A DNA stretch of 63,927 nucleotides, the filler included, from Saprolegnia diclina VS20 (taxonomy: Eukaryota): the NCBI RefSeq assembly GCF_000281045.1. It is 5 parts of 3 records of this genome, joined end to end, with 100 filler letters (N's around TTAATTAATTAA, not from the genome) between each part and the next. Parts side by side here need not be neighbours in the genome. Positions count along the whole stretch, not along the records: positions 31,157 to 38,960 come from NW_008246134.1; positions 39,061 to 60,869 come from NW_008246134.1; 3 more parts are not named here. One strand, 5' to 3'. This document shows, piece after piece, positions 34,129-44,882 of this stretch. A program made the position numbers and the translations under genes. How positions within the stretch are numbered: position 1 is the first letter of the stretch; every line of letters begins with the position of its first letter. Below the pieces are notes generated by a model. The model was not told where the DNA came from. It searched no databases and worked only from the letters and a program-made list of their open reading frames with translations.

Positions 34129-35251
34129 ATGTCGAACACTGCCTCGACTGTCACGGCTGGGATCTGCGATCCAGCACGTGTGTTCTCTTCTCCATGACAA
34201 CTTGCAGTTCAAGATGAAGTTCAAGTTGCAAAGCCTCTATGAGCGGGTTTAGGTTTAGCTTTGTAAATGGTCGATCGAATTCAGTTTTCCTTTTGCCTCC
34301 AAGCTCAAGTGTCCAACAAACAACGCTCTCGCACCTCCTCTGCGAGTTTGCCAACGTGACATTCCCGTCGACAGTCGACGGTGGCGCGTACCGCGTCAGC
34401 GTCAAGACGGACAAGACGCAAGCCAAAATGGTCATCTGGCTCGAGTCCAAGAAGACCAAGCTCCAGTGGTAGGACCTACTTTCGTCATCGCCATAAGTCT
34501 TGACGATATACACAGGCAGTGCAAGATCGATGACATTACAAAGCACATGGAGACAACGTACGCGCTTCCAAATGCGGTTGTCTTGGCAGCCATCAAGGTA
34601 CGATTATCCAGCTATATAACCAAGCGCAAACGTTTGATGCTAGAATGGACTCACTGCCAGTGATGGAGCCGCATCAAAGGTGGTCGATGCGGCGACAGAG
34701 CCACCAATGACCTGTGCGCGAAGAAGCCGAGCTTGGCGCTTGCGCTTGAGATCAAAATGTCGCCCGAGTGGACTGCAAGTTACCGCTTTGAGATGTCGGC
34801 TATCAAGGTCGAGGTCGTCGACATCTTGGAAGCACGCATCCGCGACCTTGAAGAAGCCAAAGCTGCACCGCGCATGGAGTTTTGCACCTTGGCAACGACA
34901 TTACGCCATGCCAACAACACATCCACTATGTTCTCGTGGATGAATTCGACAGCATCGACGCTTCTTCGCGTTGACAAGACGACCAACATCGTCGTGCTGC
35001 AGCCTGGCTTATACCACGTTCACTGCGACCTTGCGCTAGCCAGCGTTCTGTCGGCCACAATCACCCTCAACATCAACGACCATGCGGCCAAGACAGCGTC
35101 CTACAACGGACATGACTCGTACATTACGAGCAACCAACTTGACCTGGTCTATGTGACGTACCTGGATGCAGGCACACGCCTTACACTATGCGTCAACATG
35201 CGCCAAGGCAGCGCGACCGGGTCGACGACCTTCATCCTGCTCGATCGCTGA
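34129..35251 (+). pseudogene. Tandem-array copy 2, probably disrupted
   Basis: The promoter and MSNTAS start at 34129 mirror copy 1 but are separated from the rest of exon 1 by about 170 bp of unrelated DNA. A deletion near 34700 shifts the frame between ORFs 34680 and 34733. Confidence 0.72.
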
Positions 35252-35967
35252 GCGGTGTTGATCATAAATGGGCGTCAATGGTCATGCATTTAATAATGCA
35301 ACAAGTTCTGTACACGAAATATAGCGTGCATATGAACTGGGTGGTTTGCGACGCAAGGAGCCGAAACGATCTTTTCGAGAGCGGGACATGAAACGGATCT
35401 CATCTTAGAATTCAGCTCCCGTTGAGCAACCGCCACTCCCCCCCAAGGCTGGGGCGGTAATTCAGGCAATACGCCCTTTTCGCCCCCTGAGCCATCCCGC
35501 GTATAAAAGAATTGCAGACGCGCATTCATTGATAGCAATGCGTTGTCGAAATCTAAAATTTGCTGAGCTCCCGCGACCGGTATTCAACGACATTTGGTTT
35601 TGCGTGTAAAGTCTTTCACAAATACATTCGATCTCGTCTTGTTAGCTCTTATTCCTCACGTCAAAGCTCAGCTATGATGGGTCGTGCACTGTGTATTGCA
35701 TACCCGTTGCCTAGTGTGTCATCAACTAACTGCAACGAGGCCTTGGTATCCGGATACGAACCCGGATTTACCATGACCGGCATTGGTTTTGACATGTTGG
35801 GTTGAATCCAAAGACTCTATGACGTTGTTCTGGCAACGAATACATTGTCGAACTTTCCGATTAATTTCTTCCCAACGCTGACAAGGCACTTTACATCATC
35901 AATTTCGCATCATCGTATTTGTTAGTTGCCAAAACTACGTCAGAGCGACTTTGGATTCATCTTCAGC

Positions 35968-36959
35968 ATGCCAAACATTGTCCAGAAGCCCGCGCATCTC
36001 TACTGCGAGTATAATCACGTCGAATTTCCATCGACGAAGGAAGGACCCCACCGTGCGACGCTGAAGACAAACGCAGCCCAGACCTGCGCTGCGATTTGGC
36101 TCGAGTCGAAGAAGACCAAACTCCAATGGTATGGCTTTGTCATGGAAATGCATCCACTAAATGGCGATGACGGTTTGTGCTAGGGAGTGTGTGATCGAAG
36201 ACTTGGCCAAGCTTTTGACAACCGACTTCGCACTCCCGAGTGCAGTTATCTTGTGCGCCATCAAGGTAAGACTGCAAACACCACAGTCTTGAGAGACTCC
36301 CCTTGTCTTAGGATGGGCTTGCCGCCATCGATGGACCCAATGCGCCAGAGGCCTCAGACGAAATTTCTTCGAGTACGGTTGACCTTGTGTTGGAGAAGGA
36401 CGCGCTGGCGCTTGGTCTTTGCATCCACCTCTCGCCCGTGTGGACAGTGAAGTACCGCTTTGAGATGGCACCCATCGAGGTCAAGCTCATCGACATCCTC
36501 GAGGCTCGCATCCGCGACCTTGAGGACGCCACCACTCGGCCGCATATTACGTTCTGCACCTTGACGACGACTACGCCAACAGGAGACGCCAAAGACTACC
36601 TGTGCGAGTGGACAGCTCCGTTGCCGCACGAAGCAGCGGCACTCGTCCGCATCGAAGATGACGACAAGGGCCGTATCGTTGTATTGCAGCCAGGTTTGTA
36701 CCACATCTACTGCACCTTTAAATCTTTGACGACGGTGACGGGCGAAGTGACACTGTTCGTTGACGACACTGACGTCGGGACGGCGCCCTATAAGTGCTAC
36801 GTGCCGAACGAAGACGAGGCTAGTCGGTACTATCATGCTGACGTCTCGCACATTTCGCAACTGACGGCTGGTGCTTATATTGAGCTTGACGCGGGGTCGA
36901 ACGATGTTGCGATTCCCGGGTCCATGACGATTCGCAAGCTCCAACAGGGCGCTTTGTAA
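35968..36959 (+). CDS. Tandem-array protein copy 3
   Basis: Exons about 35968-36128, 36184-36265 and 36312-36959 join in frame. Motifs WLESKKTKLQW, DILEARIRDLE and VVLQPGLYHIYC are present. Confidence 0.85.
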
Positions 36960-37444
36960 ACGCGCATGCGACAAAAGTGAAGTTTTGTGTGTATTTACTC
37001 TACGTATATCCCATTGCACTCTTGATTCGCATTCACAAAACATATTAACTCGACGTTCGATCGTAGTTCAGCAACACTACACTGTGAGTTGCTTGCAATG
37101 GGCTATGCGTCCTAGGGTCATCAGGCAGCGCATGTCGATCTTGGTTTGGAGTGAATTGATTCTCGTCGTGAGCGCCACGTATCTCGCGTGTGATTGGTCG
37201 CCGTTTCACGGTGCTTACTTCGCAGCGCGCCACGTCAGTATCGTATCTTGACACGGAAGTGTACCGTTGCACAATTGATGCCAGGGTATGGTGCACGTTG
37301 CCGAAAGATGCAGCTCCTGTGATGTAAATCGACCCCGTTCCACAGTCAGTTGCCAAGAAAATGCCATGCGCGGGCGATGATTTCTATCCCACCAAAGGTT
37401 TTTGTTTCTAAAGACAGTACTTTTCGTTTGAATCACAACCCAGC

Positions 37445-38437
37445 ATGTCGACCACGCCCATTTCGCCCTATTGTGAGTTTGCCGACGTCTCGTTTCCATC
37501 TCTTCCAGAGAGCTTGTACCGCGTGCATGTGAAGGCCAACGCGGCGCAGACCCGCGCCGAGATCTGGCTCGAGTCCAAGAACGCCAAGCTCCAATGGTAT
37601 GATCAAGCGTTATAGCTCTACTGTGCTGACATGAATTTGATGGGCAGGCAGTGCACGGTCGAGGACTTTGACAAGCATATTGCGTCCCGGTACGCACTTC
37701 CAGCGGCAGTCGTTTTGACGAGCATCAAGGTACATGTACTGTTTCATTCATCGTGAAGGTTGATGAAATCTCTGGTATGTCGCTAGAACGGTCTTTCAGC
37801 AATCAATGCAAACAAGCCAATGCTACTCGGTACTGCGACAAACTGCACTCCTCCATGCGCTGTCGACGTCTCGGTTACAGTCGACTCGATGGAGCTCTGC
37901 CTTTGCATCGAGCTGTCGCCCGAGTGGAGCGCAGTCTACGGCTTTGCGATGCGCCCAATTAAAGTCGAGCCCATGGCCGTTCTAGAAGCTCGCATGCGGG
38001 ACCTGGAGGAGGTGATTACTCGACCTCGCACGGCATTCTGCAACTTGACAACGATGCTCGCTTGGGAAAGCGGAGACGAAAACGTCATCAGCCTGTGCAA
38101 ATGGACGGCTCCGAAGCCGCAGGAAGCGGCAGCGCTCGTTTTCCTCGACGATAATGCGAGAAGCATTGTGGTCTTACAGGCAGGACTGTACCACATTCAC
38201 TGCTCTTTCTCCACTGACCACACGCGGTCGTTGACGACGAAACTCTATATTGACAAGACGAGCGCCAAAACGTCGTCCTTCAAAACGCGAATCGACACGC
38301 AATACCCCTTCGATGCAGGCCACACTACACACCTCGACGCGGGTGCTCATATTCAGCTGCACTACATCATCAATGAAGGCAACGCTACTGGGTCGATGAC
38401 GATCTTCTTGCACGGGCGTAGCAGCAGTACTTCGTAA
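37445..38437 (+). CDS. Tandem-array protein copy 4
   Basis: IWLESKNAKLQW, AVLEARMRDLEE, VVLQAGLYHIHC, LDAGAHIQL; same two intron positions as the other copies. Confidence 0.85.
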
Positions 38438-38960
38438 AGCGTAACATATACTGTAGTACATCCGTTGATTGCTCTGGATATCTCGCTGCCTCTGGAGCGT
38501 GAAATTGCAACGCAAACGAAGCAATCTTAGTGCGATCCAGATTCCCATGCAGCACTTGCGACGGTCAACACTCTTTTGCTTGACTCGCTGGCGTTTTAGA
38601 GTCTGTTTCGCACTGTGCCTAGCGGTGCATCTACATGTATTACCTAGAGCAGCAGGCGCAGTCATAAGTCTCTTGACAATCACGCTATGCATTGACAAGC
38701 TCCCACAAGACACCTTCTAAGTGCACCGGCGACAAGTGGAACCGGTCATGCACTGTGCAGCATTAAGATTCGCAAATTTCTTGAATTTTCATAACAAATC
38801 GTAGCATTAGCCAACAACTTCCCATCCTCAAAGTAAAAACACACATTCATTAAAACCCAATCAAGATGGACTACTCGAACGACAGGGCTTAGTACGTGTC
38901 ACCGCGGCACTTGAAGAACTGCTCGTTGATGTTGCCAAACGCTTCCAGCGCAATCGACGC

Positions 38961-39060
38961 NNNNNNNNNNNNNNNNNNNNNNNNNNNNNNNNNNNNNNNN
39001 NNNNTTAATTAATTAANNNNNNNNNNNNNNNNNNNNNNNNNNNNNNNNNNNNNNNNNNNN
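38961..39060. other. Artificial contig linker
   Basis: 44 N + TTAATTAATTAA + 44 N. Confidence 0.97.
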
Positions 39061-39283
39061 AGCAAATTCTACACATATGATCCTTGACGAATCCGGTGAA
39101 AGCTGTTGGTGTCACTGTTGGTGACGCGTGTTTGAACCTTCTGCCTGCCTCTCATCCCAAAAGAATGCCATTCACTTCAACAACGAAGTATGGTGAGGAT
39201 GGCGAGTCGCTTTGTCTCAAAGCCAAAGAAAAGGCTTTGCAAGTGTGATGGGCCGCGACTGTCGCGCATGATCCTGCTACCAA

Positions 39284-39301
39284 CTCACTCTAGATTTTGC
39301 C
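39284..39301 (+). promoter_or_regulatory. Oomycete INR+FPR-like core promoter
   Basis: CTCACTCTAGATTTTGCC lies directly upstream of ATG 39306. Confidence 0.55.
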
Positions 39302-39305
39302 GACG

Positions 39306-39944
39306 ATGACGCAGCAACTGCCCGTGGTTTTTGCCTACAACGCTGCCTTAGCAGTGTCGTCGGGCTCCTGTCGACTTGGTGTCACGACAACGACCAAACG
39401 CGATCGCTACGTCATCTGGCTCGAGGCCAAGGCGTCCAAGCACCAATGGTACGTCCCCCTGGCGTATGTCCGCCGTGCAGTTAATCACGTGAGGAGGCAA
39501 TGTTGTGTGTCGGACATGACGCAGCACGCGCCACCAAACGTCGTGCTGCCCATGCACGCCGTCATGGCGGCGTTCAAGGTACCTCATTGCATGCATTTCT
39601 TGTCTCGGTCAAAAACACTTGGCTTGTAGCGCGCAGTTGAGGCGCCGTCGTCGCGTGAGACGCTGAACATGGGAACGCCGGATGCTGCGGACGCAAAAGA
39701 CGGTCACCTTCAGCTCATTCTGCACATGTCACTCATGGTCGAGCTCGAGTTGGACTTTACGTTTGATATGGCGCCATTGACGGTCGAGGCGGTTGAGATT
39801 CTGGCTGCCAAGATCCGCGACGTGGAAGACACGATTGCAGTTACCAACCAAAAGCTGTCGGCGCTCGAGAAGCGCCTGAACGAGGCGTCACCCACTTGGG
39901 CGCCATTCTGCGGTGGGGACTCCAAGAAGGCTGCTGAACCCTAA
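39306..39944 (+). CDS. Divergent family member (copy 5): head and coiled coil, no C1q-like domain
   Basis: IWLEAKASKHQW; FTFDMAPLTVEAVEILAAKIRDVED; same two intron positions; the protein ends after the coiled coil. Confidence 0.8.
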
Positions 39945-40552
39945 TGCAAACTGTGGCTTCTACCAAGAGTACATAAATACCATTATGTACTCTTGCTTCT
40001 GCCCAGCTGCAACAGGTCCCTTGCGGGGTGAGCTGGTAGGAACTTTTGTATTGAATGCGAAGCGTTGATTAACGGTATTGCGACGACGGCGCTTGCTGCA
40101 GTCTTCGCGCGCTTGTGCAATCGCACCTAACTGGAAAGTTGCGCGAATTTCGGTTAAGTACGCAGGCGCACTTCAGCGCAATTGTAATACTTTAATCAAG
40201 TATAACGTCCGGGGATGTGACAGCACTTAACGGGAACTATATAATCGCACTTTACGGGACAGGTTTCGCGCGATGCGATTGGCTTAGACCAATGAAACGC
40301 TGGGTATCTCGATCCAGGGGTAAATAATAGTTGTGTTGTGCACCCCTGTCTCGATCCAAGGTTTCAAATTTCGAGATGCGAAAATCAATTCGCGTTGCTG
40401 CTCTCCCGAACCCAACCCGAATGTTCCCAGGCAGAAATTTCCTTTTCGACTCTCGTACAACTTGTACCGGTAGAATAAGGTTAGGAATCGATAGTAGTAG
40501 ATCAACAGCCCATTTAACTGAGAAAAATTAGAAAACTATTGACGACAAATCG

Positions 40553-43500
40553 CTAAATCAACGGATTGCGCAGACCTTGGCGAGCCCGCAGCGCCAGTTC
40601 GGCGTACGTCGCTACGGTCGGCAAGCCAATCGTCCCGTCGCGCAACAAGACGGCCGCCGACGGCTCCAGCAGCACGATATTGACGGGCTTGTCGCCGCCG
40701 ACGCAACTGTAGACCATGTAGAGCTCGATGGGCCGCAGTGAGCGCAAAAATTGCCACCACCAACTCACCACCATCGGCGCCGATGCTGTCGACACACTCG
40801 CCTGCCACGTCTCGAGTGGCACCGGGAACGCCGTCATCGTATGCAGCAAGACGCTGACCTCGAGCGCGTGCCAGCCCACGAGAAGGTCGCCAACCACGTA
40901 CCGAAAGCCTTTTCGAAACAGCGTGGCCGCCGCGTCCGACGTTGCCACGGGACTCCAGTACACAAAGCCACCGCGAGGCGACGGACTCGGGCCCGTCGCG
41001 GCGCGGCCAAACAGAAACTGCTGCAACAACGGCAGCGGCAGTCGAGGTGACGAGATCGTTTGGCGCATAACGACCATGTGGCCGAGAAGAAGCCCGAGTG
41101 CCACCAAGTTGAGTGAATCGACGTCGCCCGTAGCAAACCCAGCTTGGAGCTCGAGCCAGAGATCGTTGCACGTTGCTGCCTCCTTCGTACTGCGCACCGT
41201 CTTGTCATCGTGGAAGAGGAAATCGATCGGCTGGCGCCAGTCGCTGATCGTCTTGACTTGATTTGCAAATGACGCCCACCACCGGTCCCGGGCGACGACG
41301 TGGACGACAGCGTTGGACGGTTTGATCGGCGAAGCATTCCGAACCGCCTCTTGGAGCTGCACGAGCTTGAGGTCGACGCATAGAACCGACCGGTACCGCT
41401 GAAAGAACCCACCTTTGGCCGCTTGCAAATCGCCCGCGACCAGCGAATTGAGAAACTCGCCGAGGGCCATGTCGTCCAGGAGCAGCCGCAAGACGACCGG
41501 CGGCTCGGCATTCTGCTGTTGACTCACATTGCACACATACTCGAGCTGCGGGAGCGGGTCCATCGCAAGCAGCGTCCGTACCATACTCGCTGTCGTGGCC
41601 ATAGCGATCGGCCACAGCCCCGAGCCGGCCTGTGGCGTGCACAGAGGCACGTGGAGCTCCTGGAGCACGCCGACAGCGGCCTCGTCTTTGCGAAGGATCG
41701 CAGTCGCGTACAAGCTGGGCGTTGCGTGCACGACGCTGGTGGGCAGGTGGCGCAGGAGCGGCGCCTTGTGCGCCGTAATCAACCAGTGCACAGCCGTGTT
41801 CCCCTGGCTGTCGGTCGCCAACCAGTTGGGCTGCAGCCGCACGACAAAATCGATGTGGGCAGCGCTCACGTTCACGTGCTGGCACAGCAGCATGAGCGGC
41901 GTCGCCGCCAAGTTGAAGAGGTTCATTTGCACGGGCGGGAGCAGCGCCAAGAGCGTCGCAAAGTTGTCGGGCAGCGACACGCACAGCTAAACACGATACG
42001 TCATTGCATCGAGTACAAGATTTGATGCGACGTACGTAGTGTGCCCACGTGTTGCGCAAGTCGTCATAGATCGTTCGCAGGGGCGCAAAGCGCTGCAAAA
42101 GCGCCACGACAAAGCGCGGCGACTCTGCCATGTACAGCGCCATGGCCGACTGCCCCAGTATGTCCAGTCGGCAAAGCAGCGGCGGGCAGCGCGCAATGAT
42201 CGACGTGACGACCCCAAGCTGCTTGGTCCCACAGGTCAAATTCAGTACATTGCGCTCAAAGTGGCTCACAAACGTCGGCCACGTCTCGGCCGGCAAGAGC
42301 GTCAAGAGGCGCAGCAGCGCCTGCATCGAGTCGGTTTTCGCTGCTATAAGAACGCACGTGTCGCCGTGCTGTACGTACGTCCAGTCGATCGAATACGATC
42401 TCGTCGCCAAGAGCGTCTCGAGCCAGACCACGTTGTTGGTCGCGCTCGCCTGCCAGACTGCGCTTTGGAACACTTGCGCCGACACACCCACTGGTAGTGG
42501 CACGCATTGCGCGCAATAGACCGTGGTCGGTGGCACGCACATGCGGTGCATCCACGCACCACACGATGGCGCGCGGCAGACGAGGAACGACGAGGCGTAC
42601 GGGCGGATCGGGTTCGAGTTGCCGCACGGACACGCCCAGCGCGGCGCCGGTCGCGGCAGGGGCTGAAAGAACGCCATTTTGCGCTGCGTCGTCGTCGTCG
42701 GCGCGTCATCGCTGTTGGCAGGTAATGACGATACGCTTGGTGGTGTCGGTGCAATGCATGGAATCGCCGTCGGGCTGGCCGCGTCCGGGACCACGTCGGG
42801 GGCCAACGTCATCGTCGCCAAGGATCCTGGTGCCGCGTCTTTTGGCGGAGGGCATGCGTTCGATGGCACGGGTGCGACGTCTGCAACTACTGGTTGACTC
42901 ATGCCAGGCACCGCTGCCGTGGGCACAGGCGGTGCGACAGACGCCGTCTCGTCGTCGTCGTCATCGTCCAGGATGACATTGTGGTGCTTTCGGGTCGTCT
43001 TGACCACGAGGAGGTCGTCGTCGGGCGATACATGCGGTGGGTCCTCGGGTGGTGACATCGGCTTGCGCCGATGTCGTTTCTGCACGGGCGTCAACGCGTC
43101 GGTACCATTTTCATCGTCCGACGACGGCGCGCTGCATCCCGGCGACCACGACACCGACGACGGGGCGTTTGGTGACGGCGGTGCGTCATCCGCTTCCTTG
43201 TCCATGGCTGCACCGAGCTCCCCGGCCAGTCTGTCGTCCAGACCCACGTCTTGCGAGCTGTTGGTGGTCGCTGATGTCGTACTCGGAGGTTCAAGAGTGC
43301 TGTGGACGACCGCTGGCGAGTCCAGTAGGTCGACCACGAGCGGTGGCCGTTGCATTTGTGTGGTCTGCTCGTCCGGAGGCGGCGCCACGTCCGGCTCGGA
43401 GTCCGAGTCGAGCGAGATGATGACAATGTCGCTGGACGCACCCGGCACGAGCGACGCGAGGTTGATGCCTTGGGGCATGGGCGGTGCGCTCGGCTGTCGG

Positions 43501-44252
43501 CGCTTGACGCAGATACTCTCCAGTGTACGCCGACTCGCCGCTTGCTCTAACCGCCGTCGTTTGCGGCAGGTGCTGCTTTCGTCCGAGCTCGTGCTGGACA
43601 CGTCGGCCCAACTGGATCGGCCCGCGGAAACGGCAGCAGCCTCCTGCTGACATGGCACTCGCTCGCCTTGCCGCGGCGACTCTTGCTCGACCAGTTGCGC
43701 CAACGCAGCGCGGTACTGGATGACGGCGGGGTTGGCTTCCCAGAGCGCAGTCTCGGTCTTGAAGAGATCCCACGAGGCGAGCTTGATCGCGTCGACGAGA
43801 TGCCACGAGTGCGCCGTCGCCACGTACAGCTCCTGCGCCAGCGCTTTGCTAGAAAACGGCAGCGTCTCAACGTCTAGCCACGTGTTGGGACCAGACGACC
43901 AGCGCGCGCGGACGAAGCGCCGAGGCCGTACCTGCGGTGCAATGAGCGGGACGAGCTCGATCAAGTCCAGCAGCTTGACCATGGCCCGCGTCTTGGACGT
44001 CTTCGCGTGGCTCGGGACATGCGCAGGGTCGTCGCACACGCCAAGCACTGTCTTGACGCGGTAGTTGCCGCTCGCATCCAGCACGAGGAAGCGGCGTGTG
44101 TACTTGAAGGGCGCGGTGGGGGCCTCCATGCGGAGCTGCGCTTCGAACATCGCAGGCTCCAACGTACGGAGCAGGAGGTCAGACGCAGGCGATGCGAAGA
44201 CGTTGGCGTCGTCGGCCTCGATGGGCGGGAAGACCTCGACTCGTCGGTGCAT
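40553..44252 (-). CDS. Chromo-like / PHD / ankyrin / degenerate HECT protein, paralog X (intron 41987-42035)
   Basis: Chromo-like FVRARWSSGPNTWLDVETL; PHD CPC..C-x4-C-x4-H-x2-C..CAQC; ankyrin GDTCVLIAA and DSQGNTAVHWL; HECT-like LGLLLGHMVV..LPLPLLQQF..FRKGFRYVV..VVSWWWQFLRSL. Confidence 0.8.
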
Positions 44253-44719
44253 GTCCCACTCGCTTGGACCGTCGCCGGCGACTTGCTTGGTCGGATTCTG
44301 TTGTCATTAAACGGGTTAAATACCACCGACATCCGTTTTATTGCGTTTTATTTCCTTCGCCAAAATCCGCTCGCGCACTACGCAGTCATACAGTATAACG
44401 CGTATGCTCCAGCGCTATGCGCTTATGCGACCCTATCCATGTATCGGATCGTGGCTGTGATGTGCTACGAGAGCTGCACAGCTACTCCATCCCCGTCGCT
44501 GCAACGTCAAGTTTAACCTCCCCGTCCAACGCGTTTTTCTCAACACGCCTGTGATTCGCTAAAATAGATATGCCCTCCCAGCCAATCCCATCACGCTGCC
44601 TATTATAAACCACCAATCACACACCAGCATGCTTCGCGCCGTTGACGCGCTTCAACGCGCCCTTGCTCACTCGCGAGCATGCAGCAGCATGGTCCAGTTG
44701 CTTCAAGACTTGCCCTAGC

Positions 44720-44804
44720 TCTCCATCTTCCTATATCCATCTACTATCCATATATCCATCTACCTATATCTATCCATCTACTATCCATCTATCCATCGAT
44801 CGAT
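44720..44804 (+). repeat. Degenerate (CTATCCAT)-type microsatellite
   Basis: ctatatccatctactatccatatatccatctacctatatctatccatctactatccatctatccatcgat. Confidence 0.8.
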
Positions 44805-44882
44805 GTATTGCTTCTAGTATCTCGCGCAACAAGTCACTCAATCCTTTGGGATATCCAAAGCAAAATCGATTGTCGGCGTCGC

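Noticed and set aside
41205..42035. C-terminal part of the 1015-aa ORF 41205-44252
   Set aside because: It reads through intron 41987-42035 into the wrong frame; the real continuation is ORF 40553-41980.
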